Shown: positions 1 through 9,145 of the stretch, one piece after another
Numbering within the stretch: the stretch's first letter is position 1
Layout: every line of letters starts with the position of its first letter
Assembly: GCA_035627595.1 (NCBI GenBank)
Contig: DASPLK010000005.1
Location: forward strand, 3,877-67,876
DNA from: Minisyncoccota bacterium
GTDB taxonomy: Bacteria; Patescibacteriota; Minisyncoccia; Phycocordibacterales; Phycocordibacteraceae
DNA length: 64,000 nucleotides
Reading direction: 5' to 3'
Translations under genes and position numbers: made by a program
Notes under the pieces: generated by a model
Database searches by the model: none
Seen by the model: the letters and a program-made list of their open reading frames with translations, nothing else
What the model was told of the DNA's origin: nothing

Positions 1-1
1 G

Positions 2-670
2 AAGGGTACGTATGCGCTTGTCGTTGCGGTACCGGGACTCGCTGCGCTCATCCTTTTTGCGACTTTCAACAACTTCCTCGGGGGTTCGTTCATGGCGCTC
101 CTTGATCCATACGGACTTTCAATGGTCTCAGTAGAGCTTTGGGGCTTCATTCTCGGAGCACTCAGCTTCTCGTTTGTCTTCGGCGGTATGGCGATCGCAA
201 AATGGGGCCTCGGCAAGAACCCATTGCGCACCATGCTCACTGCCAACGTGATCATCTGGATTGCATGTATCCTGTTCACCATTCAACCTCTTCTCTGGCT
301 CCTTATCGCCGGAATGTTCGTATGGATGTTCACCATGCCTTTTATCGAGGCATCGGAGCATACGTTAATACAGAAAGTAGTGCCCTTTGAGCGCCAGGGC
401 CGCGTATTCGGATTCGCACAGAGCGTTGAACAGGCGGCGTCTCCTTTAACCGCGTTCCTCATCGCTCCACTTACCCAGTTCGTGTTTATTCCATTTATGA
501 CGGTAGGCGTTGGAGCAGAGGTGCTTGGCCCCTGGTTTGGAACCGGTATGGCGCGCGGCATCGCGCTCGTGTTCACCGTTACCGGTTTCATCGGCCTTAT
601 AGCAACGATTCTAGCGTTTGCCTCTCGCCCATACCGATTACTTTCAGAGAGGTACCAGGAGCCAGCATAA
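2..670 (+). CDS. MFS-type transporter, C-terminal fragment (5' end truncated by the window edge)
   Basis: The reading frame is open from the first base of the window. The product is hydrophobic and multi-helical, and the FERQGRVFGFAQSVEQAASPL segment is typical of the MFS C-terminal half. Antisense ORFs within it were rejected. Confidence 0.55.
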   Translation, partial: KGTYALVVAVPGLAALILFATFNNFLGGSFMALLDPYGLSMVSVELWGFILGALSFSFVFGGMAIAKWGLGKNPLRTMLTANVIIWIACILFTIQPLLWLLIAGMFVWMFTMPFIEASEHTLIQKVVPFERQGRVFGFAQSVEQAASPLTAFLIAPLTQFVFIPFMTVGVGAEVLGPWFGTGMARGIALVFTVTGFIGLIATILAFASRPYRLLSERYQEPA

Positions 671-698
671 GAAAAGAGCCCCGTCTGGGGCTCTTTTC

Positions 699-1058
699 TT
701 ATGCGCTAACGATTCCTGAGAACCCGCCGTAGTGCATCTTCTTCATGCTAAAGAGCGGCGTCTCCGGTTCAATCTCCGCCATGCGCGGATCGGCCATAAG
801 CTTTTTCATGACCTGATCGCGATGCGCACGGCTCTTGAACTCTGCGACGGCGACTACTACCGTCTCGCCGTCCTTAGGCTTTGCAGCTTTTACAAAGGAC
901 TGCAATCCCTCTTTGGCCTCAAGGTCGTTACCCATGAACTCGTTATACGAAAGCATGCCGTGCTCTTTGGCGATCTTGCCGAACTTCGCCGCTACCTTCT
1001 TGTATGCGGGAATGTTTGCTTCGGGAACTGGCAATAGGTAGAGATCGATATACTTCAT
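699..1058 (-). CDS. DUF1428 family protein
   Basis: 119 aa; the N-terminus MKYIDLYLLPVP and length match the DUF1428/YbaA-like fold as I recall it. Confidence 0.55.
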   Translation of the reverse strand: MKYIDLYLLPVPEANIPAYKKVAAKFGKIAKEHGMLSYNEFMGNDLEAKEGLQSFVKAAKPKDGETVVVAVAEFKSRAHRDQVMKKLMADPRMAEIEPETPLFSMKKMHYGGFSGIVSA

Positions 1059-1113
1059 TATGTTTTGAAAGTTAGTAGAGAGGTATGATACCGCGCTCTA
1101 CTTATCCCCATAC

Positions 1114-1734
1114 CTACAGTCCCAGTTCTTCTCGCGGAATCGCACCTTCTCGCAGTATGTACACCTGGTCACCAACTATAGACACGACCGTGGAGGCTTT
1201 GCTGTCACCTCTTGGTCCTGCGTCAACGACAAGATCAATATGCCTGATGTTAGGTCCAAACTGCACGAGGATGTCTCCAACCGTGGGAGGCGTTGGAAGT
1301 CCAGACATGTTGGCTGAAGTTGCGGTATAGGGGGTGCCGATCAAGTGTGCAAGTGCGAGTGAGAACGGATCGTTTGGAATCCGGATTCCCAGAGTGCCGT
1401 TAAGGAGAATGTCCTCGGGCAGCTTGCCGCTACCGGGAAGAACAATTGTAAGAGCGCCCGGCAGATGCCGCCGCGCAAGCGCACGGGCGGTGTCGTTTAA
1501 CTGCGCATACTCTTCTAATGCATCATGATGTGGCACGACGACGGCAATCGGCTTTTTCGTTTCTCGAGCCTTGAGCGTCTTGAGGCGCTGTATGGCCTCT
1601 TTATTCAGAGCGTCGACCGCAAGGCCATACAGAGTATCGGTCGGATAGAGCACCACTCCGCCACCACTAAGAACACTGGCCGCTTTTTGGGCGGCCTCAT
1701 CAAGAGTTTCTTCGGTCAGGCGAAATATCTCCAT
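1114..1734 (-). CDS. tsaC: L-threonylcarbamoyladenylate synthase (TsaC/YrdC/Sua5 family)
   Basis: 206 aa; the VVLYPTDTLYGLAVDA motif and TATSANMSG region are characteristic of the YrdC domain. Confidence 0.85.
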   Translation of the reverse strand: MEIFRLTEETLDEAAQKAASVLSGGGVVLYPTDTLYGLAVDALNKEAIQRLKTLKARETKKPIAVVVPHHDALEEYAQLNDTARALARRHLPGALTIVLPGSGKLPEDILLNGTLGIRIPNDPFSLALAHLIGTPYTATSANMSGLPTPPTVGDILVQFGPNIRHIDLVVDAGPRGDSKASTVVSIVGDQVYILREGAIPREELGL

Positions 1735-1780
1735 AGCAGTTGAATACTACGCAAAAACACGGTATTGTCGATACGTTCAG

Positions 1781-1856
1781 GCGCGGTTAGCTCAGTTGGT
1801 AGAGCATTCCCTTGACGTGGGAAGGGTCACAGGTTCGAGTCCTGTATCGCGCACCA
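1781..1856 (+). tRNA. tRNA-Val (anticodon GAC), CCA encoded
   Basis: The 76-nt sequence GCGCGGTTAGCTCAGTTGGTAGAGCATTCCCTTGACGTGGGAAGGGTCACAGGTTCGAGTCCTGTATCGCGCACCA folds as a cloverleaf with a 7-bp acceptor stem. The anticodon loop is TTGACGT. Confidence 0.9.
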
Positions 1857-1955
1857 GCTAGAAAGGCCTTCTACCTATGGGAGATCTTCCTCATTACTTC
1901 AGAAGCAACTATCTACAGTTGGAGGTTCATACGTGAATACGCTAGAGTATGCTTC

Positions 1956-2954
1956 ATGTCACAACTCATTAAGACCTTCCTCGTCCCGACTCTCATATCG
2001 TTTGCAGTCCTCATCGGTATATTCTTTTGGGGCGGCTGGGGCGCATTCGCGCTTGCAGTGCTTCTCACCATCCTTGAGGTCACGCTCTCGTTCGATAACG
2101 CGGTCATTAACGCGAAGATACTGAAGCAGATGGACGAGAAGTGGCAAAAGCGCTTCCTTACGTGGGGCATACTTGTAGCCGTCTTCGGTACTCGTCTCGT
2201 CCTTCCTATACTCATTGTTGCTGCGTCTGTCGCGATGAGTCCATGGGCTATCGCTAAACTTGCCGCATTTGATCCAGAAACATACGGACATCTCTTGGAG
2301 GGTGCGCATGTTGCTATCGCAGCATTCGGCGGTACGTTCCTTCTCATGGTGGCGCTTAAGTACTTCTTCGACGATGCCAAGAGCGTGCACTGGATTCGCT
2401 CGGTAGAACGACACCTTGCGCGCTGGGGCCGTATTGAGGCTATTGAAATAGGTCTTGCACTTCTCCTCCTCCTCGGCATCTCATTCTTTGCAGGCAATGC
2501 AGGAACTATTCTCTCAGCCGGAACGATTGGTATTGTTCTCTTTATCCTCATGCAGGGCATTGCGAACTCTTTTTCCTTCGAAGCTGAGAAAGCAGTCGTG
2601 GCGGGAAGCGCGGCGCTCTTCCTCTATCTAAACGTGCTTGATGCCGCATTCTCCTTGGACGGTGTCATCGGCGCATTCGCAATCACGAGCTCACTACCGG
2701 TCATTGTTGCTGGCCTTGGCATCGGCGCGTACTACGTCCGTTCACTTACTATCTATTTTGTGCGCCAAAAAACTCTGGATACACTCGTATACCTTGAGCA
2801 TGGCGCGCACTGGGCAATCCTCGGTCTTGCCGGTGCGATGCTCGTTTCGCTCTTCTATCATGTACCTGAAGCCATCACCGGCCTTGTGGGTCTCGTGTTC
2901 GTCGGGCTTGCAGCTTGGTCGTCGGTTCGCCAGATGCGCAAAGCATCTTCATAG
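1956..2954 (+). CDS. TerC/DUF475-family integral membrane protein
   Basis: Polytopic membrane protein with an LSFDNAVINAKIL motif. The track ORF began at 1812 inside the tRNA-Val; the first ATG downstream of the tRNA (1956, MSQLIKTF) was chosen instead. Confidence 0.55.
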   Translation: MSQLIKTFLVPTLISFAVLIGIFFWGGWGAFALAVLLTILEVTLSFDNAVINAKILKQMDEKWQKRFLTWGILVAVFGTRLVLPILIVAASVAMSPWAIAKLAAFDPETYGHLLEGAHVAIAAFGGTFLLMVALKYFFDDAKSVHWIRSVERHLARWGRIEAIEIGLALLLLLGISFFAGNAGTILSAGTIGIVLFILMQGIANSFSFEAEKAVVAGSAALFLYLNVLDAAFSLDGVIGAFAITSSLPVIVAGLGIGAYYVRSLTIYFVRQKTLDTLVYLEHGAHWAILGLAGAMLVSLFYHVPEAITGLVGLVFVGLAAWSSVRQMRKASS

Positions 2955-2986
2955 ACCCCGCGCCATAGGTGCGCTATAACGAGTGT

Positions 2987-3844
2987 ATGGAGCGCACAAT
3001 TGTCTTTTATCACGGCGGCTGCCCGGATGGTTTCGGGGGTGCCTATGCGGCATGGAAGAAACTTGGCGATACGGCTGAGTATATTGGACTACACCGAGGC
3101 GAGGAGATCCCGGACGTTTCTGGCGCACACACCTACTTCATCGATTTTGTTTACGATAAAGAGATCATGGAGCGTCTTCAGACATCAGCCGCCTCACTTA
3201 CTGCGCTTGATCACCACGAGGGTGTGCGTGAAGTTACTGAGAGCTTGGTACACCACGTATTCGATAACGATCGATCCGGGGCGACTATCGCGTGGGACTA
3301 CTTCCATCCAGGCATACCTACGCCTAAACTTCTCCAATTCATACAGGACGATGATCTCTTCCTCTTTACGCTTCCCGACACGCGCAGTGTTCTCGCATAC
3401 CTTGGCGTGAGCCCGTTTACGTTCGAGTTCTGGGATGAGACCGCACAGAAACTCGACGATCCTGTTGAGGGCGAGATTCTCATCGGCACTATGCGCGCAT
3501 ACGGCGAGTACTTCGAGAAACTTGCACAGCTTGCTGCAGACAAGGCACATCCTGTGCTATTTGAAGGCTACGAAGTCATGTTCGCGACAGCACACCCCTA
3601 TAAGCCGATGAAGTCGCTGGTCGGCAATCTTCTCGCAAAGGCGCATCCGCCATTTGCTCTTGTTGTGGCTGCACATCCAGAAGGGTTTGGTGTTTCGATC
3701 CGGGGCAATGGATCAATTGACGTGTCCCAAATAGCGCAAAAGTACGGGGGCAACGGACACAAGAGCTCTGCTGGCTTCCTTATACCTGCTAATGGTCCCC
3801 TGCCGTGGACGCTTATAGAAGATGATGAAGATACTCGCGATTGA
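2987..3844 (+). CDS. DHH/DHHA1 family phosphoesterase (NrnA-like)
   Basis: The N-terminal DHH region (IVFYHGGCPDGFGGAYAA...DHHEG) and C-terminal DHHA1 GGNGHKSSAGF motif are present. The start is ambiguous between GTG 2969 and ATG 2987. The 3' end overlaps tsaD by 23 nt. Confidence 0.65.
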   Translation: MERTIVFYHGGCPDGFGGAYAAWKKLGDTAEYIGLHRGEEIPDVSGAHTYFIDFVYDKEIMERLQTSAASLTALDHHEGVREVTESLVHHVFDNDRSGATIAWDYFHPGIPTPKLLQFIQDDDLFLFTLPDTRSVLAYLGVSPFTFEFWDETAQKLDDPVEGEILIGTMRAYGEYFEKLAQLAADKAHPVLFEGYEVMFATAHPYKPMKSLVGNLLAKAHPPFALVVAAHPEGFGVSIRGNGSIDVSQIAQKYGGNGHKSSAGFLIPANGPLPWTLIEDDEDTRD

Positions 3845-5012
3845 GACATCGTGCGATGAGACTGCGGTCTCGATACTTGAGGGCATTGAAAAGGACGGCC
3901 ATACCGCGTTCACCATACTCGGCAACGCACTTCTTTCTCAGATAGATATACATAAGGAGTACGGTGGTGTTTTCCCGGCACTAGCCAAGCGTGCACATGC
4001 AGAGAACCTCGTTCCGCTCTTGGCGGCATCACTTGAGGAGGCGGAGCTCCTTCGTGAAGACACGCAGGCACTATCCGAAGAGATGCGCACGCGCATTGGC
4101 GAGATGCTAGTCCGCGAGCCTGAACTAGCAGACGCGCTCTTCGCGTTCATCACGGAAGCAGAAGTTCCGGACATCGATGCAATCGCCGTTACATACGGAC
4201 CGGGACTTGAGCCTGCGCTCTGGGTAGGCGTTAACCTTGCGCGCGCTCTTTCGGTCGCATGGAATAAGCCCATCGTGGGCGTGAATCATCTTGAGGGCCA
4301 CATCCTTTCCTCGCTACTCGTCGGCGAAGAGCGTACATTCACACTTACGCCGCCCTCCCTACCGCTTGTTTCTCTCGTTATCTCGGGCGGACACACGGAA
4401 CTTGTCGTCACAACCGAATGGTCTGCAGGCACTGCGCGCCTTGCGTACAAAAAGATAGGCGAAACCCGGGACGATGCTGTGGGCGAGGCGTACGATAAAG
4501 TTGCTCGCATGATGGGCCTTCTCTATCCGGGCGGCCCGGAGGTCTCACGTCTTGCTGAGGAGGCGCGCGAAGCTGGACTTATCCCTGACTTCTCGCTTCC
4601 ACGCCCGATGATCGACGCGGATAACCTCGATTTCTCATTCTCCGGTCTCAAGACTGCAGTGCTATACCTAATAAAGGAAAAGGGTGAGTTATCCGAAGAC
4701 GACAAGCGCATGATCGCACGTGAGTTTGAGACAGCAGTTGCAGATGTTCTTTGGAAGAAGACCGAGAAGGCACTCGCAAAGACTGCTGCCCGCTCGCTTC
4801 TTATTGGTGGAGGCGTCTCCGCAAACCATAACCTGCGACAGATGTTTGCTGAGAATGCAAAAGAGCTTGGAATTGACTACAGCCTTCCCCACCGTTCGCT
4901 TACCGGCGACAACGCCATCATGATCGCCGTCGCCGGCTACTATCGCGCGCGTGAAAAGACGTACATGGAAATTGAAACATTGCGCGCGGATGGGAATCTT
5001 TCTCTTAGCTAG
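3822..5012 (+). CDS. tsaD: tRNA N6-adenosine threonylcarbamoyltransferase TsaD (Kae1/YgjD family), with insertions
   Basis: The ILAIETSCDETAVSIL N-terminus and GGGVSAN motif identify it. At 396 aa it is longer than the canonical protein. Confidence 0.88.
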   Translation: MMKILAIETSCDETAVSILEGIEKDGHTAFTILGNALLSQIDIHKEYGGVFPALAKRAHAENLVPLLAASLEEAELLREDTQALSEEMRTRIGEMLVREPELADALFAFITEAEVPDIDAIAVTYGPGLEPALWVGVNLARALSVAWNKPIVGVNHLEGHILSSLLVGEERTFTLTPPSLPLVSLVISGGHTELVVTTEWSAGTARLAYKKIGETRDDAVGEAYDKVARMMGLLYPGGPEVSRLAEEAREAGLIPDFSLPRPMIDADNLDFSFSGLKTAVLYLIKEKGELSEDDKRMIAREFETAVADVLWKKTEKALAKTAARSLLIGGGVSANHNLRQMFAENAKELGIDYSLPHRSLTGDNAIMIAVAGYYRAREKTYMEIETLRADGNLSLS

Positions 5013-5023
5013 TACATAGGGAA

Positions 5024-5047
5024 AGGCCCGAGCCGAAGCTCGGGCCT
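5024..5047. terminator. GC-rich hairpin between convergent genes
   Basis: AGGCCCGAGCCGAAGCTCGGGCCT forms a 9-bp stem immediately after the tsaD stop and touches the stop of the minus-strand gene. The flanks are weakly U-rich. Confidence 0.45.
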
Positions 5048-5577
5048 CATATGGCCGCTCTCCTCGAGATGAGACGCATGCCGGGGTACAGTTTGAGTTC
5101 TCCGCTCCGTTGTTGAAACGCGAAATCCGCGGTATCGAACGCGTGGAGCTCCCACCTGCGACGGCGGACACACACGAGCCGTATGCGGATCCAGAGCGTC
5201 GGACCGACCCGAGCGAAGTTAACGAATTCGTCGGAGAAATATCCGACTCGTTCGTTGACCTGGCGCTCCAGCATGTGGATGATGTGCCGCGGATCGCACT
5301 GTGCGTCCGGCTTGTTGAGCAGTTCTTGGAACCGGATGAACGGTTCCTTCCGCACGACCGTGTACACGGTGTGGTGTCCCACCCCCTCACGCTCAATCGC
5401 TGACAAAAGCGGAAAGATCAGACGACGAAATTCCGGCGTCATGATATGTGCTTCCGGCTTCCATTTCAGGTACTGAAGCGGATAGAACGAGCGCGTCAGA
5501 TGATAGCCGTACGCATGCGCGAATTGCCGCATTGGGTAGAATGGACCGACTACGTTGATCCGTCGTTTGGTGTGCAT
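5047..5577 (-). CDS. hypothetical protein (176 aa)
   Basis: ATG 5577 (MHTKRRINVV) is preceded by AGGAGGG with an 8-nt spacer. The longer track start at 5613 has no SD. A weak sulfotransferase-like motif (DPRH) is present but I am not confident in it. Confidence 0.5.
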   Translation of the reverse strand: MHTKRRINVVGPFYPMRQFAHAYGYHLTRSFYPLQYLKWKPEAHIMTPEFRRLIFPLLSAIEREGVGHHTVYTVVRKEPFIRFQELLNKPDAQCDPRHIIHMLERQVNERVGYFSDEFVNFARVGPTLWIRIRLVCVRRRRWELHAFDTADFAFQQRSGELKLYPGMRLISRRAAI

Positions 5578-5659
5578 GGGCTTAGCCCTCCTTTCTGAAG
5601 GTAACCATCCCATACGGGGATAGAAATCTCAACTAAAAGCATATATGGCCCACTTCTGC

Positions 5660-5665
5660 TATATT
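5660..5665 (+). promoter_or_regulatory. putative -10 element (TATATT) for valS, 9 nt upstream of the ATG
   Basis: TATATT lies at 5660-5665 with the valS ATG at 5674. There is no SD in between and no clear -35 element. Confidence 0.3.
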
Positions 5666-5673
5666 CCATAGAT

Positions 5674-7890
5674 ATGGACGAGAAATTCCTCAAGCCGTAC
5701 GACCCTCAGTCGACCGAGCCCCGCATCTATTCTGAATGGGAGAAAAGTGGCTTTTTTAATCCGGATACCTGTGTCGAAGGAGGTCACACCGCCCCGGACG
5801 CTGCCCCGTATTCCATCATCCTTCCGCCCCCGAACGTCACCGGACGCCTCCATATGGGACATGCACTCATGCTCGCCATTGAGGATACCCTGATCCGCTA
5901 CAAGCGCATGCAGGGCCTCCGCACCCTCTGGCTTCCGGGCACCGACCACGCCGCAATCGCTACCCAGTCGGTGGTTGAAAAGCAGATACAGAAGGCCGAG
6001 GGCAAGTCCCGCCATGATCTCGGGCGCGAAGAACTTTTGAAGCGCATCGGAGAGTTTGCGAAGGAGAGCCATGACACTATCGTCAACCAGGTGAAGACCA
6101 TGGGCGCCTCCCTCGACTGGTCCCGCGAGGTATTCACTCTCGACGAAGAGCGCAGTTATGCAGTGCGTACCATGTTCAAGAATATGTATGAGGCAGGGCT
6201 TATCTACCGCGGTCATCGCATTGTGAACTGGGATCCAAAGGGTCAGACCACTATTTCAGATGATGAAATCGTTCACGAAGAGCGCAAGGCAAAGCTCTAC
6301 ACCTTTAGATATGCAAAGGATTTCCCTATTGCCATCTCCACCACGCGCCCAGAGACCAAGGTCGGCGATACCGCAGTCGCGGTGCATCCGGACGATCCGC
6401 GATACAAGGAGTATGTGGGCGAAGAATATTCGTTCACATTCTGTGACGTGCCAGTATCCGTAAAGATTGTCGCAGATCCAGAAGTGGATCCTGCGTTTGG
6501 TACTGGTGCGCTTGGCGTCACACCCGCACACTCTCAGACTGACTGGGAGATTGCTGATCGTCACGACCTACCCCGCCCCCAGGTCATTAATGAATACGCG
6601 AAAATGACCGTGGAAGGTCGCCTTAACAACAAGAAGACCACCGAAGCGCGCGACATGGTCGTTGAGTGGCTTGCGGAAGAAGGTCTTCTTGAGAAAGAAG
6701 AAGAGATATCCCAAAATATCTCTACCGCTGAGAGGACCGGCGGCATTATTGAACCCCTGCCTAAATTGCAGTGGTTTATCGCGGTCAATAAGCCGTTTGC
6801 GCTCCGACACTCCAAGATCCCGGGTATACAGGCTGGGGAGGATACTTCGCTACGCGACATCATGCACAAAGCAGTCTCCCCTGAAGGCATCACTGTGATG
6901 CCAGAGCACGCGGAGAAGACCTATTTCCACTGGGTCGAGAATCTGCGTGATTGGTGCATCAGCCGACAGATCTGGTACGGGCATCGCATTCCTGTTTGGT
7001 ACCGAGGCGAAGAGATGTACGTTGGTGTTGAAGCGCCAGAGGGTGAAGGATGGGAGCAGGATTCAGACACGCTCGACACCTGGTTCTCCTCAGGTCTTTG
7101 GACCTTCTCCACCATGGGCTGGCCAAAAGCATGGAACGACCAGACAGGTGAAGCAGAGCAGGGTTCGGACCTAGCTATCTGGCGACCCACCGACGTCCTT
7201 GAGACCGGATACGACATCTTGTTCTTCTGGGTAGCGCGCATGATTCTCATGACCGGGTTTGCGCTTGGTGAACTTCCCTTCAAGCGTGTATACCTGCACG
7301 GCCTCGTGCGCGACGCTCAGGGACGCAAGATGAGCAAGTCTCTGGGCAACAACATGGATCCTCTTGAGGTGACCGCGAAGTACGGTGCAGATGCCGCACG
7401 CATGGCACTTATCGTCGGCAACACGCCAGGCACCGACATGCGCATCAGCGAGGACAAGATCAAGGGCTACAAGCACTTTGCAAACAAGCTCTGGAACATC
7501 GCGCGCTTTATCTTCGAGAACACAGAGGACGCAGATGTAGCTGCTCCGCTCACTGAGACAGATACTGCACTCCGTGCAGAATTGGATACGCTCGCAACGG
7601 AAGTTACGCAGGACCTTGAGGCGTACCGCATCTACCTGGCCGCAGAAAAGCTCTATCACTACGCCTGGGACCGGCTAGCTGCAGAGTTGATCGAGGAATC
7701 TAAGAGTATTTTCCAAGGCACAGACGAAGCAGCGAAGGCATCCCGCAAGGCGGTGCTGCTCTCCATCCTTACGGACCTCTTGAAGCTTCTTCACCCGTTC
7801 ATGCCATTTGTCACCGAGGAGATCTGGAAGAGCATCGACCCTTCTACCCCGCTCATGGTCACCCGCTGGCCTGCTAGAATAGAGGGGTGA
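5674..7890 (+). CDS. valS: valine--tRNA ligase (short form lacking the C-terminal coiled coil)
   Basis: HMGH (PPPNVTGRLHMGHAL) and KMSKS motifs are present, with editing and anticodon-binding regions. Length is 738 aa. Confidence 0.95.
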   Translation: MDEKFLKPYDPQSTEPRIYSEWEKSGFFNPDTCVEGGHTAPDAAPYSIILPPPNVTGRLHMGHALMLAIEDTLIRYKRMQGLRTLWLPGTDHAAIATQSVVEKQIQKAEGKSRHDLGREELLKRIGEFAKESHDTIVNQVKTMGASLDWSREVFTLDEERSYAVRTMFKNMYEAGLIYRGHRIVNWDPKGQTTISDDEIVHEERKAKLYTFRYAKDFPIAISTTRPETKVGDTAVAVHPDDPRYKEYVGEEYSFTFCDVPVSVKIVADPEVDPAFGTGALGVTPAHSQTDWEIADRHDLPRPQVINEYAKMTVEGRLNNKKTTEARDMVVEWLAEEGLLEKEEEISQNISTAERTGGIIEPLPKLQWFIAVNKPFALRHSKIPGIQAGEDTSLRDIMHKAVSPEGITVMPEHAEKTYFHWVENLRDWCISRQIWYGHRIPVWYRGEEMYVGVEAPEGEGWEQDSDTLDTWFSSGLWTFSTMGWPKAWNDQTGEAEQGSDLAIWRPTDVLETGYDILFFWVARMILMTGFALGELPFKRVYLHGLVRDAQGRKMSKSLGNNMDPLEVTAKYGADAARMALIVGNTPGTDMRISEDKIKGYKHFANKLWNIARFIFENTEDADVAAPLTETDTALRAELDTLATEVTQDLEAYRIYLAAEKLYHYAWDRLAAELIEESKSIFQGTDEAAKASRKAVLLSILTDLLKLLHPFMPFVTEEIWKSIDPSTPLMVTRWPARIEG

Positions 7891-8606
7891 TCGAGTCTAT
7901 TCCACTAGAAACCATAGGATTCGCCTTCCTCGGAGGCGTGCTTCCCGTTTGGCTCTGGCTCCACTTTCTTCTGAAGGAGGATGCGCGCTGTCCGGAGCCG
8001 CGCTCCATGATTATTGTCGCCTTCGTCGCCGGCATGCTCTCTGTCGTCGCATCGCTCCCGCTTGAGACCTGGGTCGCCTCATTCCTTCCAAGCGGTAGCC
8101 TCGCCATCATCATTGCCTGGTCAGCAATTGAGGAGTCCATGAAGTATCTTTTGGCGGCGCTACTGGTACTGTGGCGACGCGCAGTCAACGAGACTGTAGA
8201 CCTCGTCATCTACATGATTACGGTTGCACTCGGATTCGCGGCTCTGGAAAATACACTTTTCTTGCTTGGTCCGTTTGCAGAGGGTCGCATTCTCGATGGA
8301 CTTGCGCTCAACAATTTGCGCTTTGTCGGTGCAACACTATTGCACGTAGTTGCGTCTGCGATGATCGGTTTCGCACTTGCAGCAGCATACGTTCGCGGTC
8401 GCAGCGTACGTCTTCTTTTTGTTTCAGTCGGACTTATCCTTGCGATTGCATTGCATGCCTTGTTTAATTTCCTTATAATCGCACCAGATGGCTCGCAAAC
8501 GCTTACAGCGTTCTTCCTCGTCTGGACGGGTGCCATCGTGTTTTTCGCACTGTTCGAGATACTGAAATATTTCCGGTATCGCCACTTACCAAAGAACACT
8601 TGCTGA
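7887..8606 (+). CDS. PrsW-family intramembrane metalloprotease
   Basis: A multi-TM protein carrying an EExxK motif (SAIEESMKYL) and FxxxH/H motifs (FVGATLLHVVASAMIGF). The GTG start overlaps the valS stop (GTGA). Confidence 0.6.
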   Translation: MIESIPLETIGFAFLGGVLPVWLWLHFLLKEDARCPEPRSMIIVAFVAGMLSVVASLPLETWVASFLPSGSLAIIIAWSAIEESMKYLLAALLVLWRRAVNETVDLVIYMITVALGFAALENTLFLLGPFAEGRILDGLALNNLRFVGATLLHVVASAMIGFALAAAYVRGRSVRLLFVSVGLILAIALHALFNFLIIAPDGSQTLTAFFLVWTGAIVFFALFEILKYFRYRHLPKNTC

Positions 8607-8613
8607 TCGTCTT

Positions 8614-9117
8614 ATGAAAAAGCGCTCCATCTTCGAACGTCTTTCCGGCACCGTCTCGGCCGCTGATGACTACGACTCATTCGACGACGAGTATCAGGCA
8701 CCCGCGCCGGTACGTCGTATGGCGCCGAGCGCCAGCGCTCCCGCTCGTCCTGCCATACAGGAACAATTTGAAGAGGAGCCGGTTGAGAGCGGCCAGCTCC
8801 CGGTTGATATGTACCAGACACCCAACGAGATAGTTATTCGCACGTTCATCGCGGGTGTTAGGCCTGACGAGATTAACGTATCTATAAGTCGCGACATGGT
8901 GGTGCTTGAAGGTTCACGCGCGACGGCGGAGAGCGTCTCTGATTCGGACTATTTCCACCAGGAGCTCTTCTGGGGCTCGTTTGCCCGTACGATCCTTCTT
9001 CCCCAGGAAGTAGATGTAGATGGCGCTACCGCAGGCGCAAAGGATGGACTTCTCACCTTGGTATTGCCGAAGCTGGATAAGGCACGGCAGACTAAGTTGC
9101 GCGTCAAAGCAGGATAG
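8614..9117 (+). CDS. Hsp20/alpha-crystallin family small heat-shock protein
   Basis: It has an alpha-crystallin domain (VDMYQTPNEIVIRTFIAGV...GLLTLVLPK) and a disordered N-terminus. Confidence 0.85.
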   Translation: MKKRSIFERLSGTVSAADDYDSFDDEYQAPAPVRRMAPSASAPARPAIQEQFEEEPVESGQLPVDMYQTPNEIVIRTFIAGVRPDEINVSISRDMVVLEGSRATAESVSDSDYFHQELFWGSFARTILLPQEVDVDGATAGAKDGLLTLVLPKLDKARQTKLRVKAG

Positions 9118-9145
9118 CAAAACGGTCCCCTCGGGGCCGTTTTGC
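9117..9145. terminator. bidirectional intrinsic terminator
   Basis: GCAAAACGGTCCCCTCGGGGCCGTTTTGC is a hairpin flanked by A/T runs on both sides, sitting between the convergent hsp20 and DUF2914-like genes. Confidence 0.7.

Noticed and set aside
1913-2560. Antisense or overlapping ORFs inside well-supported genes (e.g. 128..361 -, 283..591 -, 1913..2560 -, 4689..5396 -, 20259..21290 +, 25079..26569 + inside groEL, 48047..48760 - opposite the HAD gene, 51518..52699 - inside the RND pump)
   Set aside because: Each lies fully within a gene with strong family signatures on the other strand or frame. Their products are low-complexity (R/S/A/P-rich), typical of open frames generated by roughly 57% GC. 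None has an SD or its own terminator.
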